A stretch of 32,675 nt of DNA from Candidatus Lindowiibacteriota bacterium (GCA_023249255.1 JAHFCY010000006.1:1-32675), one strand, 5' to 3'; counted from the stretch's first letter, positions 7,687 through 17,387 are shown. The notes: a model not told the origin generated them from the letters alone. Numbers and translations are program-made.

Positions 7687-10106
7687 CCGACCCCATCCTT
7701 CATTGATTCGCGCGACGCCAATATCCACGCACCGGCCCAAGCACACAGTCCCGCGATCGACAGCCAGAGGCCTTGTTCAAACCCCCGCGGAACGTAGTAA
7801 ACAACGGCCGCGTGCGATCCGGCCGGCATCCAATACGCCGGAAACAATCCATTGACCACGGTCGGCGTCAGGCGCGTGCCGTCCTCAAGCACCGCCGTCC
7901 AGCCGGGCACGTAGGGCTCACCCACGCAAACCCATCCGCCTTTCGGCGAATCGACGGTAAGCTTCAACGCATTCGGACCCTGCCGACGGACAACGATGCT
8001 TCCTATCAAATCGGTATCTCTGACGGAAGTCTTGTCCGCAGATTGGCCGGGTTGCGGATCAGCCGGAGCAATGCAATACAAAACCTCATGTGGATCGTAA
8101 GAATCCGATTCGATCCGGCTGAATACATCCTCCAAACTCGACTCTGACCGGACCGATCGCGAAAAAAATGCTCGGGGCAGAACGCGCGAATTTTCGTACA
8201 GATACAGTCCGTCCGCCGATTCAACCTGACGCAAGTCACGATCGGCGATCGGCGTGTCGGACAGGACGTATTTGACGTTGAGCAGATCCAGAAGCCGCGA
8301 GTCGGTGCGAACCATCGTTCCGTAGACCTGCGCGTATCGTTTTTTGACGGACAGTGGCCAGCCTTGAATGCGGTTAAAATATCCCCCGGCGTTTTTCAAC
8401 AAAAATGCGGTCTCGCCTTTGATGCTTTCGATCCGGTGGATGCACCCTTGATTGAATTTGAAAAACGGCGTGTTGTACGGGCCGCCTGCGGGATAAATTC
8501 GAAACGGCTCCGCGCCGGGCGCGGCCGACATCTCGGCAAGATGCCGATGAATCTGTGTCTCCGGAAAATAATCCGCGGGGCGTCTCATCTGCCATTTCGG
8601 AAGCGGGTGGAAGAGAAGGTCGGCTCCAAGAAGCACCGTCAAGGCGGCAATTCGAAGAGACGACGCCCGCCGACGAGAGATCGCGATAAACGCGGCGATC
8701 CACCCCAGCGCCCACAATCCCCGACCCACGCGCAGATTCCCGCCGTAGGCTGTCAGAACCGAAACGGCCTGGCTGATGGAAAGAGATTTCACAGTATCCA
8801 CAGCCTGCCGAACAACGTTGCCCGGCGAAAACGCGGCACGATGTTCCAGAAAGTATTCGAGCAGTTTTGATTCAACGGGCATGAGAACTAGACACGCCAG
8901 CGCGATCGCCGCCGCAATCGCGGCGGCCACGGCCACACGGCGGATTCGAAATGCGCCGGGCGCTTCTCCATTCAGAACCATCGCAATGATCCCGCAGGCG
9001 GCAAACGCCGCCAGCCACGTGTAAATATTCGGATGCGTCGTGACCGAAAATCCCGGCAGGAAATAAAAACAGAGGAGAAACACCGGCGAATAAATCCCGA
9101 ATACGAGGCTGACGGCCGCCAGATACAGAATCGTGAAAAACCGGCCGTGTGGTTTGGACCAGATTGCGCGGCCCATGGCCACCAGCGGAACTAGGCCGAA
9201 GGCGATGGGCCACGGCACGGCGTTGTATCCCCGGATGGTCAAACCCGTCGCGGTGGTCGGCGGCAGAAAATTCGGGGCCAGAAAATTCAGGAGAAACAGC
9301 GGATGAACGGACCCGGCAGCCGAAAATGACAGGTCAGCCGCGGCGCCCGATCGGTGCGTTTCAAGCGCGAGCAAATACCACGGCCACATACGCACCAGGG
9401 AGACGATCACGGCCGATATGCCCAATAGCGTCAGGGCGGACAGACGGCGGGGGCACGAAGCGGGACGACACGCGGTAAAAATCAGGACAGGCAGAAACTC
9501 AAATAGCAGCGCGTATGAGGCGACCTCGCCCAAACACATCGCCAGAAGCACGCCTGCCGTCATCGACCACGCTCGGGACGTCCAGGGCCGGGACGCAGCC
9601 AAAGATTGTTCGATCAACCAGAGACACCACGGTAGTGCGATGACAGAATAGAACGTGCCGAGATATCCGCTCTGCGGGAAATGCAAAACCGGCGCAGACA
9701 GCATGTAAAGCCACGCGGCGACCGTCGCCGCGGGCGATGCCGCAAACGTCCGGAAAAACAGATACGCGCCGAGCCAGCCAAACGCGCCGTGAATCAGAAA
9801 TGACACGTTGATGCCCATTCCGACCGGAAACAGAAAAATCAGCCAATGGAGCGGATAAAAGAAATCGTAGAACGGCGCGGCGAAATCGGGCGTGCCGGCC
9901 TGCACATAAGGGTTCCAGAACGGAAAATGCCCCTCTTTTAATACCTCTTTTTCAAACGTGAGAAACGGAAAATTGACCTCGAGGCTGTCGTCGCCGACGA
10001 CGTGGGTCGTCATTGCAGACAAAAACGGATAGACCATCGCGACGCAGATGACGGCGGCCACAAGGTGTATCAATAAAATATGACGGCCGTCAGACACAGA
10101 GATCAC
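7680..10106 (-). CDS. YfhO-family polytopic membrane protein (probable GT-C glycosyltransferase)
   Basis: 808 aa; PFWNPYVQAGTP...FFYP N-terminal motif, many TM segments, LDLLNVKYVL, YENSRVLPRAF, PYVPGW, final TM helix. Confidence 0.8.
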   Translation of the reverse strand: MISVSDGRHILLIHLVAAVICVAMVYPFLSAMTTHVVGDDSLEVNFPFLTFEKEVLKEGHFPFWNPYVQAGTPDFAAPFYDFFYPLHWLIFLFPVGMGINVSFLIHGAFGWLGAYLFFRTFAASPAATVAAWLYMLSAPVLHFPQSGYLGTFYSVIALPWCLWLIEQSLAASRPWTSRAWSMTAGVLLAMCLGEVASYALLFEFLPVLIFTACRPASCPRRLSALTLLGISAVIVSLVRMWPWYLLALETHRSGAAADLSFSAAGSVHPLFLLNFLAPNFLPPTTATGLTIRGYNAVPWPIAFGLVPLVAMGRAIWSKPHGRFFTILYLAAVSLVFGIYSPVFLLCFYFLPGFSVTTHPNIYTWLAAFAACGIIAMVLNGEAPGAFRIRRVAVAAAIAAAIALACLVLMPVESKLLEYFLEHRAAFSPGNVVRQAVDTVKSLSISQAVSVLTAYGGNLRVGRGLWALGWIAAFIAISRRRASSLRIAALTVLLGADLLFHPLPKWQMRRPADYFPETQIHRHLAEMSAAPGAEPFRIYPAGGPYNTPFFKFNQGCIHRIESIKGETAFLLKNAGGYFNRIQGWPLSVKKRYAQVYGTMVRTDSRLLDLLNVKYVLSDTPIADRDLRQVESADGLYLYENSRVLPRAFFSRSVRSESSLEDVFSRIESDSYDPHEVLYCIAPADPQPGQSADKTSVRDTDLIGSIVVRRQGPNALKLTVDSPKGGWVCVGEPYVPGWTAVLEDGTRLTPTVVNGLFPAYWMPAGSHAAVVYYVPRGFEQGLWLSIAGLCAWAGAWILASRESMKDGVGC

Positions 10107-11056
10107 AAATCGCTGTTCGAATCATCTACAACGTACAACGGCCGCTGTTGAACCTCCCGGTAAGTCCGACCCAGATATTCGCCGATGATGCCGAGGCAGA
10201 GAAGTTGAACGCCGCCGAAGAACGCGATGCAGACCATGGCCGACACCCAGCCCTCAACGGGAATGCCGAAAATCAATTTTTTGGCGATCAGAGTCACAAT
10301 GAGAAGCAGAGCGATCAGCGCCGACAGAAACCCCGTGTAACTGGCGAGCCGGAGCGGCAGATAACTGAACGACGTGACGACATTGAACGCCAGCCGAAAC
10401 GAGCGCCGCAGATTGTACTTCGCTTCGCCCGCGAACCGCGCCGCATGCCTGACCTCAACGCCCGTCTGGCGAAATCCGAGCCAGCTCATCAGCCCGATGA
10501 TATACCGTTCGCGCTCGCGAAATCGTTTCAGGTGGTCGACAACCCGGCGGCTCATGACGCGAAACACGCAGGAGTTCAGGGGAATTTCCGCGCCGGCAAA
10601 CCGGTTCATCAATCCGATGAACAGCCACGAACTCAATTTTTTCATCGGCGGATCGTCCCGCTCCTTGCGGATGCCGTAGACGATGTCGAACCCCTCCTGC
10701 GTTTTTTCCAGAAGTTGTGCAATATCCTCGGGCTGGTCCTGAAGGTCGGCATCCATGAGGACGACCCAGTCGCCGCGGCTGAAGTCGAGTCCGGCCGTGA
10801 TGGCGATATGGTGGCCGAAGTTCCGGCTGAATTTGATGATCCGGACGCGCGGATCGGCCCGGCGCAGTTCGTCCAGAATGCGATACGACGGGTCCAGACT
10901 GCCGTCGTCGACAAAGACGATCTCGAAGGAGTCCGTCCGCGGCCGGAAAAATTCGGTGAGCCGGCGGTGGAGTTCCCGGATATTGGCCGACTCGTTGAAC
11001 ACCGGCACGACAACGGAAAATTGAGGACGATTCCCGGATTGCATGGGTGACATCAT
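10103..11056 (-). CDS. GT2 polyprenyl-phosphate glycosyltransferase (GtrB/ArnC-like)
   Basis: 317 aa; VVVPVFNE, VDDGS, SRNFGH, MDADLQD, two C-terminal TM helices, GEYLGR...RPLY. Confidence 0.93.
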   Translation of the reverse strand: MMSPMQSGNRPQFSVVVPVFNESANIRELHRRLTEFFRPRTDSFEIVFVDDGSLDPSYRILDELRRADPRVRIIKFSRNFGHHIAITAGLDFSRGDWVVLMDADLQDQPEDIAQLLEKTQEGFDIVYGIRKERDDPPMKKLSSWLFIGLMNRFAGAEIPLNSCVFRVMSRRVVDHLKRFRERERYIIGLMSWLGFRQTGVEVRHAARFAGEAKYNLRRSFRLAFNVVTSFSYLPLRLASYTGFLSALIALLLIVTLIAKKLIFGIPVEGWVSAMVCIAFFGGVQLLCLGIIGEYLGRTYREVQQRPLYVVDDSNSDL

Positions 11057-11080
11057 GGCGTCAACAGACGGAGGAAACCG

Positions 11081-11317
11081 TCAGAACAGAGTATAGACAA
11101 ACGGCGCGATGCCGCTGGACCCTGCCAGCATGGAGAGAATAACGAATAAAGCCAAAATCAAAATCATGGGAATCATCCACCACATTTTTTCCTTCCACAA
11201 AAACGCCAGCAGGGCGCCGAAAATGCCCACACGGGAACCCACCTTGCCCCCAAGGTTCGCCTGCGGGCCCAACGGCTCCTCCGCCCTGTTCGGTTCCGAT
11301 TGCGTCTCACTGGACAT
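11081..11317 (-). CDS. Small membrane protein, DUF5989/SxtK-like
   Basis: 78 aa; FLWKEKMWWMIP...hydrophobic helix...IAPFVYTLF C-terminus characteristic of the family; GAGGA RBS-like sequence upstream. Confidence 0.8.
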   Translation of the reverse strand: MSSETQSEPNRAEEPLGPQANLGGKVGSRVGIFGALLAFLWKEKMWWMIPMILILALFVILSMLAGSSGIAPFVYTLF

Positions 11318-11469
11318 TCGCCGTACGTCCTCTCATCGAATTTCAGATCCGTTCTTCTACCAAATCCCGTCAATTTCCACAACCGGACAAAAACGCCTGA
11401 AAAAATTTCCGAAAGGGCCGGTTGCGCGATTTTTCCGGATTAAATATATTTTGGACCGGGAGAGGTGAC

Positions 11470-12372
11470 ATGCAGGAAAATCGTATACCGAAAGTTTGCA
11501 TTGGCATGTTTGCGCACAATGAGGAGCAGAACATTCGGGCAACCCTTGATGGGCTTCTTGCGCAGGATTTCAAGGATTTTGAACTGATCATTTCGGACGA
11601 CGAATCGACCGATGCGACGGAACGTATCTGCCGGGAATATGCCACCCGCGACGGGCGCATCCGCTATGTCCGGCAACAACCGCGGCTTGGCATTATCGGC
11701 AACGCGAATTTTGTATTCGAGCAGTGCCGCAGTCCCTATTTCGCGTGGGCCGCCGGACATGATCTCTTCGCGCCAACCTTCATCTCAAAACTCCTGCCCG
11801 TACTCGAATCCGATCCGACGGTTGTCTGCGCCTATCCGCTGGTTCCCGTGGTCGAAGTGGACGGGACGAAACTTCTCGATCAGGAGCAATGCCGGCTCGA
11901 CACCCGCTGGCAAAACGTCGCCGCCCGCGCCAACTTGCTGTTATGGGGCCTGCGAGGCAGTGAACCGATCTACGGACTATTTCGCACCGATGCGCTGCGG
12001 AAGACCCGTCTTTACCGGCCCCTCATGTGCTGCGACAACCTCGTTTTGTTTGAGATCAATCTTCTCGGGTCGATCGCATTTGTGGCGGATGAACTGTATT
12101 TCCTCAAAGTCACCAAGCGGCTGAGCCATATGCGGGATAAACTGGCCAATTACCGGAAAACCATGTATTCGGGCGAAGGCCGAAAAATCCTGGGAATGCG
12201 AATGACGTTCTGGCGGCTTTTTTTCGCGCATCTGGGCGCTATCTATCGCGCGCCGGTTCCCCGACGGCGGAAACCTATTCTGATCGCCAGCACGATTTTT
12301 TATTTTCTGTCCAAACGGGGCAAACATCTATTCCACGACATCGTCGAATTATTCGGAATTCCACGGCCCTGA
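11470..12372 (+). CDS. Glycosyltransferase family 2
   Basis: 300 aa from ATG 11470 (RBS GAGAGGTG); IGMFAHNEE, ISDDESTD, YFAWAAGHD. Confidence 0.9.
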   Translation: MQENRIPKVCIGMFAHNEEQNIRATLDGLLAQDFKDFELIISDDESTDATERICREYATRDGRIRYVRQQPRLGIIGNANFVFEQCRSPYFAWAAGHDLFAPTFISKLLPVLESDPTVVCAYPLVPVVEVDGTKLLDQEQCRLDTRWQNVAARANLLLWGLRGSEPIYGLFRTDALRKTRLYRPLMCCDNLVLFEINLLGSIAFVADELYFLKVTKRLSHMRDKLANYRKTMYSGEGRKILGMRMTFWRLFFAHLGAIYRAPVPRRRKPILIASTIFYFLSKRGKHLFHDIVELFGIPRP

Positions 12373-12407
12373 TTTATCGGCCGGTTTTGATGAGCTGCGC
12401 ATTGGAT

Positions 12408-13556
12408 CTATAATCCGAGTTCTTTGATGCCTTCCTGCCAGGGCAGGATATCCACGTTTTTCAATTTCCTCGGGTGCGATCCCGGATAAAAGATCATGGA
12501 TTGATGTTTTTTCCCGTAATATTCCGAAAAACTTTCCAAACCTCGCAAATCGGCATGTCCCACATTCGCGGACGCCTTGATCTCAATGGCGTGGACGTTT
12601 CCGCCAATTTCAGCGATCAAATCCACTTCGGCGCCGTGTTCCGTTCTGTACGTGCTTAGACGGACGGGTTTGTCGCAATGCGCGGCGCCGTGAAGAATTT
12701 GCGTCGCAACAAGATGCTCGAAAAGGGAACCGACGCGATCTGCGGAAGCTGTGAAATTACCGAGAAGTCCGTTCAGAACGCCCACATCAAAGAAATAATA
12801 TTTTGGATGTTGAATCAGGCGGCGCGTCAGGCTTTTTGCAAAGGCATCGGCCCTCCACACGACGAGGCAATCCTCCAATACTTCAAAATACCGTACCGCC
12901 GACTGGCGCGCAACCATCGAAACCGACGCCATCTTGGCCAGGTCCAAAAAATGCCCGGCCCATTCCGCCGCGACCTTGAGAAACCGGGCGAATCCCTCCA
13001 AATTTCTCGCGAGACCCTCCGCCTGAATCTCTTCTTTGAGATAGGTCGCCGCATAGGTGCGCAGAGTTTTTTCCCGCGAATACGCGTCATCATCCGTCAG
13101 AATTCCCGGCAGAGTCCCCACGGAAAGCGCCTGCCGGGTGTCCATCGCGTACCCCATCTCTCGAGTCGTCAGCGGTCCCAAATGGTGGGTAAATATGCGG
13201 CCGGGTAAGAGATTCGCCTGGCCGCGTTTCAGCTTTCGGGCGCTTGAGCCTGTTAACAAGAACCGGAGGCGGGGTTTGGGATGGTCCACAAGAACCTGAA
13301 TGGTATTAAGGAGACTGGGCAGGCGCTGAATTTCGTCGATGAAAATAGTCGCGGGTTTTTGATAAACCGCCAGACTCTGTTCGAGGAGAAGCGGGGTTGT
13401 TAGAAAGTCTATATACGTCGCCTCATGAGCCAGATTGATCGTCAGGTCCGGGTGAAGACTCTGCGTCAACGTGGACTTACCGGTTTGCCTGGGTCCCAAA
13501 AGCAGCACGCTTTTTTTCGATTGACCGATGAGACCCCGCAGCGCCCTTGTTAACAT
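12408..13556 (-). CDS. AAA+ ATPase with DUF4143-like / PD-(D/E)XK-like C-terminus
   Basis: 382 aa; Walker A GPRQTGKS, Walker B IFIDEIQ, LTGSS, PKYYFFDVG, EVDLI...AIEIK. Confidence 0.9.
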   Translation of the reverse strand: MLTRALRGLIGQSKKSVLLLGPRQTGKSTLTQSLHPDLTINLAHEATYIDFLTTPLLLEQSLAVYQKPATIFIDEIQRLPSLLNTIQVLVDHPKPRLRFLLTGSSARKLKRGQANLLPGRIFTHHLGPLTTREMGYAMDTRQALSVGTLPGILTDDDAYSREKTLRTYAATYLKEEIQAEGLARNLEGFARFLKVAAEWAGHFLDLAKMASVSMVARQSAVRYFEVLEDCLVVWRADAFAKSLTRRLIQHPKYYFFDVGVLNGLLGNFTASADRVGSLFEHLVATQILHGAAHCDKPVRLSTYRTEHGAEVDLIAEIGGNVHAIEIKASANVGHADLRGLESFSEYYGKKHQSMIFYPGSHPRKLKNVDILPWQEGIKELGL

Positions 13557-13592
13557 GCGGTTATTATACCGCGTAAAATAACCGCATGTTAA
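13550..13592 (-). promoter_or_regulatory. Palindromic promoter/operator of the AAA ATPase gene
   Basis: Perfect 16-bp inverted repeat ttaacatgcggttatt (13550-13565) / aataaccgcatgttaa (13577-13592); on the - strand TTAACA-18nt-TATAAT-6nt-ATG. Confidence 0.75.
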
Positions 13593-13605
13593 ACTTCGAA
13601 GCCGA

Positions 13606-14445
13606 CTACTTTTTATCCATCATGCGGCGAAGCTGTAACAGTTCCCCTTTTCGAATCCGCTCGATCTCATCCGCGCTCCACGACTGCCACGAGTCCCACA
13701 CCGCGCTGACAAGCCGCCCCGACAGGCCGTTGGAGGAAGCTGACGCGAGAAAAACCGCAAGCTCGGCCGCCTTTTCCGGCGGGACGCCGCCTGTCTTTTT
13801 CTGTTCCACGAGACGCTGATATTCTGATTCCCCGCCGCGGCGGCCGGCCGCCAGCATCTCTTCGGCCATCCGCGTGTTGACCGTACCCGGCGCGATCGCA
13901 TTCACATCGATATTGTATTCCTGGACCTCCATGGCGACTGTTTCCGTCAGGCGAACGATGGAAACTTTCGTCGACGCATAGGCCGCATGCAGAGGAAATC
14001 CGTTTGAAGCGCCGCCGCCGGAGAGGTTGATGATTTTGCCTCTCATCTGTTTCTTCATCACAGGCAAAACAGCTTTGATGAACAGAAACGTCGCCGTGAG
14101 ATTCACATCGATCGTCCGACGCCAATCATCGAGCGTCGTTTCCTCGACGGGGCCGATGGGACCGATGATACCCGCCGCGTTCACGAGAATGTCGACGACG
14201 CCAAACGCGTCCCGGCACATGGCGACCGCTCGCGGCGCTGTATCCGGGTGGGAGACATCTTCGGCGAGGATACGCGCGGTTCCGCCGGCCTCTCGGATCT
14301 CCCGTTCCGTCTCCTCCAGTTCGGATTTTGTTCGAGACACGAGGAGAAGGCGCGCGCCCGCTTTGGACAGAGCCAGCGCAATCGCCCGGCCAATCCCGCG
14401 CCCACCGCCTGTGACAATTCCCACACGATTTGCCAATACTGTCAT
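13606..14445 (-). CDS. Classical short-chain dehydrogenase/reductase (FabG-like)
   Basis: 279 aa; TGGGRGIG, VNAAG, NLSGGGA, YASTK, NAIAPG. Confidence 0.92.
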   Translation of the reverse strand: MTVLANRVGIVTGGGRGIGRAIALALSKAGARLLLVSRTKSELEETEREIREAGGTARILAEDVSHPDTAPRAVAMCRDAFGVVDILVNAAGIIGPIGPVEETTLDDWRRTIDVNLTATFLFIKAVLPVMKKQMRGKIINLSGGGASNGFPLHAAYASTKVSIVRLTETVAMEVQEYNIDVNAIAPGTVNTRMAEEMLAAGRRGGESEYQRLVEQKKTGGVPPEKAAELAVFLASASSNGLSGRLVSAVWDSWQSWSADEIERIRKGELLQLRRMMDKK

Positions 14446-14596
14446 TGGACTCGACTTTTCATGTTGCCCCTGTATAGGAAAGAAGATGCCTTATTTCAAG
14501 GCGGCTTTCTGATTTCGTATTGTGACCGGCCGGAGGGAGGGAATCCCGCGCAGTCCATGGATGGACGGGAGCGGGATGGTCAACAACCCTGTAACG

Positions 14597-14605
14597 TGAT
14601 ACATT
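14597..14605 (+). promoter_or_regulatory. Putative extended -10 promoter, leaderless start of the large sugar operon
   Basis: TGaTACATT (14597-14605) then 6 nt to ATG 14612; no Shine-Dalgarno. Confidence 0.45.
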
Positions 14606-14611
14606 CTTCGC

Positions 14612-15376
14612 ATGACAGACAGCGGCAAACTCAAAGTCAAATTATTCGCCGACGGCGCGGAACTCAAGGTCATTGCCGAGATGGCGAAAAATCCGATGAT
14701 CTGTGGATTCACGACCAACCCGACGCTCATGCGCAAGGCCGGCGTCAGCGACTACAAGGCGTTTGCGCTGGAGACGCTGAAGATCATCGGCGACAAGCCC
14801 ATCTCGTTCGAGGTCTTTTCCGACGAATTTTCCGAAATGAAGGCCCAGGCGCTGCAAATCGCCTCGTGGGGCGGGTCGAACATCTACGTCAAGATTCCGG
14901 TGAGCAATACGCGGAGAGAATTTTCCGGCCCGCTTATCCGCGATCTCACGGAGTCGGGTGTGCAGGTCAACGTCACAGCCATCATGACACCGAAACAGGT
15001 GGCGGACGTCCTCAACTACATGGCCAAAAACGTCCGCGGGTACGTCTCGGTCTTTGCCGGCCGCATCGCCGACACGGGCCGCGACCCGATCCCCCTCATG
15101 GCCGAATGCATGAAACTTCTGGCGCCTCACCCATGGGTCGAACTCATCTGGGCCAGCCCCCGTGAACTTCTGAACATCATCCAGGCCGACGCCGTCGGCT
15201 GTCACATCATCACGGCCACCAACGACGTCCTGTCGAAACTGCCGCTGGTCGGCAAAGACCTCGACGAATTTTCGCTCGACACGGTCAAGATGTTCCGCAA
15301 GGACGCTCTGGGCGCCGGCTATACGATTGACGCTTCGTCAAAGGGTTCGTCCCCCAAATCCGTCAAAACGAAGTAA
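14612..15376 (+). CDS. tal: Transaldolase, short (TalC-type) form
   Basis: 254 aa; FADGA, FTTNPTL, SFEV, YVKIP (Schiff-base lysine), NVTA, SVFAGRI. Confidence 0.92.
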   Translation: MTDSGKLKVKLFADGAELKVIAEMAKNPMICGFTTNPTLMRKAGVSDYKAFALETLKIIGDKPISFEVFSDEFSEMKAQALQIASWGGSNIYVKIPVSNTRREFSGPLIRDLTESGVQVNVTAIMTPKQVADVLNYMAKNVRGYVSVFAGRIADTGRDPIPLMAECMKLLAPHPWVELIWASPRELLNIIQADAVGCHIITATNDVLSKLPLVGKDLDEFSLDTVKMFRKDALGAGYTIDASSKGSSPKSVKTK

Positions 15377-15384
15377 TCCTTCCC

Positions 15385-16383
15385 TTGAAAAAAATTCTGG
15401 TCACAGGAGGCGCGGGATACGTGGGCTGTGTTCTCGCGCCCAAACTTCTCGATCGCGGATACGAGATTATCGTTTACGATCTCATGCTTTTTGGTGACCG
15501 TGGACTGCCGCGTCGGAACGGTCTCGAAATCGTCCGGGGCGACATTCGCAACGCCGAATTTTTCGTATCGAAACTCGATGATGTCGACTGTGTCATCCAC
15601 CTCGCCTGCATTTCAAACGACCCCAGCTTTGAGCTTCAGCCGGGATTGAGCCGCGCCATCAACTTCGACTGTTTCGAACCGATGGTCGACGCCTGTGTTG
15701 CACGTGGCGTGAAACGATTCATCTACGCCTCCACCAGTTCCGTCTACGGCGTGAGCGACGCGCCCGACGTCACTGAAACCCATTCGCTCGTTCCGCTCAC
15801 GGATTACAACAAATACAAGGGCCTATGCGAGCCGGTTCTCCTGCGCCGGCAATCGCCGGAATTTACGACAGTCGTCATCCGGCCCGCCACGGTCTGTGGC
15901 TATTCGCCGCGCATGCGCCTCGATCTCTCCGTCAACATTCTCACGAACCACGCGGTCAATCGCGGGACCATCACCGTGTTCGGCGGCAGTCAGAAACGTC
16001 CGAACATCCACATCGATGACATCACCGACCTCTACGTCGATCTTGTTGAGAGGCCGGCAAAGGAGATTGCGGGTGAAATATTCAACGCGGGGTATCAAAA
16101 CCACACGATTGCCGACATCGCGGGGATCGTCAAATCCGTCGTCGAGGCCGAAATGCCGGGCAAGGCGGCGATCCGGATAGAAACGTCGCCGTCGAACGAT
16201 CTGCGGTCGTACCACGTGTCGTCGCGCAAGATCGCAGAGAAACTCGGGTTTGTTCCGAGGCGGACGATCGAAGACGCTGTCCGGGGCATGTGCCGGGCGT
16301 TTTCTGAAGGCAGACTGCCGAACAGTTTCGACGACGACATTTATTACAACGTGAAAACAATCAAGAAACTGAACCTGTCATGA
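15385..16383 (+). CDS. NAD-dependent NDP-sugar epimerase/dehydratase
   Basis: 332 aa; TGGAGYVG, HLACISNDP, STSSVYG, YNKYK. Confidence 0.92.
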   Translation: MKKILVTGGAGYVGCVLAPKLLDRGYEIIVYDLMLFGDRGLPRRNGLEIVRGDIRNAEFFVSKLDDVDCVIHLACISNDPSFELQPGLSRAINFDCFEPMVDACVARGVKRFIYASTSSVYGVSDAPDVTETHSLVPLTDYNKYKGLCEPVLLRRQSPEFTTVVIRPATVCGYSPRMRLDLSVNILTNHAVNRGTITVFGGSQKRPNIHIDDITDLYVDLVERPAKEIAGEIFNAGYQNHTIADIAGIVKSVVEAEMPGKAAIRIETSPSNDLRSYHVSSRKIAEKLGFVPRRTIEDAVRGMCRAFSEGRLPNSFDDDIYYNVKTIKKLNLS

Positions 16384-17387
16384 GCGCAAAACCCGTCGCG
16401 GTGGTCACAGGCGCCGCCGGATTCATCGGCAGTCACATGGTGGATTTGCTGATATCAGGGGGATACCGTGTGCGTGGCCTCGACGATCTCACAGGCGGAC
16501 GGCAGGAAAATCTGGCCCATCATGCCAACAATCCAGATTTTGAGCTCGACGTCCGGGACATCCGCACGATCCCGGCCGACGACACGCTGTTTCGCGGCGC
16601 GCGGTACGTGTTTCATTTCGCCGGCCGCGGTGACATCGTTCCGTCCATCGAGAAACCGGTCGAATATATGTCAATCAACGTCATGGGAACCATATCGGTT
16701 CTGGAAGCCGCGAGAAACGCCGGCGTTTCCAAATTTGTCTATGCCGCATCCTCCTCGTGCTACGGCCGGAATCCTCCCGAACCGACACGCGAGGACGTGC
16801 CGATATCGCCCGAGTATCCATACGCGTTGAGCAAGTTTCTTGGGGAGCAGGCCGTGTTGCACTGGGGACGCGTCTATGGCATCCCCGTGTCATCCGTCCG
16901 GATTTTTAACGCGTACGGCCCGCGGGTCAAAACAACGGGCGCATACGGCGCTGTCTTCGGAGTGTTCCTTGCGCAAAAACTTGCCGGAAAGCCGTTGACC
17001 GTTGTCGGCGACGGAACGCAGAGACGGGATTTCGTGTTCGTCACGGACGTGACCCGGGCGTTTTTTCGGGCGGCGGAATCCGGATCGGCGGGCGCCATCT
17101 ACAATCTCGGAACCGCCAATCCCCAGACCGTGAACAGGCTGGTAGAACTGATCGGCGGGCCTGTGGTACATGTTCCGAAACGGCCGGGCGAACCGGACTG
17201 TACGTGGGCCGACACATCCAAAATCCGCAGGGAACTTGACTGGGAACCGTTGGTATCTTTTGAGAAAGGCGTTGCGCAGATGATCGCAAACATCGACTAC
17301 TGGAAAAACGCTCCTGTGTGGGATCCGGAATCGATCCGGCGGGCAACGCAGACGTGGTTCGACCGGCTCGGAAAGACGGGATCATGA
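16380..17387 (+). CDS. NAD-dependent NDP-sugar epimerase (GalE/WbpP-like)
   Basis: 335 aa; TGAAGFIGSH, ASSSCYG, YALSK, GDGTQRRDF; ATGA overlap. Confidence 0.92.
   Translation: MSAKPVAVVTGAAGFIGSHMVDLLISGGYRVRGLDDLTGGRQENLAHHANNPDFELDVRDIRTIPADDTLFRGARYVFHFAGRGDIVPSIEKPVEYMSINVMGTISVLEAARNAGVSKFVYAASSSCYGRNPPEPTREDVPISPEYPYALSKFLGEQAVLHWGRVYGIPVSSVRIFNAYGPRVKTTGAYGAVFGVFLAQKLAGKPLTVVGDGTQRRDFVFVTDVTRAFFRAAESGSAGAIYNLGTANPQTVNRLVELIGGPVVHVPKRPGEPDCTWADTSKIRRELDWEPLVSFEKGVAQMIANIDYWKNAPVWDPESIRRATQTWFDRLGKTGS

Noticed and set aside
10148-11050. 300-aa plus-strand ORF
   Set aside because: Antisense shadow of the GT2 gene.
5974-11317. Saxitoxin gene cluster
   Set aside because: Only SxtI/K/L-like families are present; no sxtA, sxtG or other core genes.
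12373-12407. Bidirectional terminator between the convergent GT2 and ATPase genes
   Set aside because: No convincing stem plus U-tract found.
14248-15165. 305-aa alternative-frame ORF
   Set aside because: Overlaps the SDR and transaldolase; Arg/Gly/Pro-rich off-frame composition.
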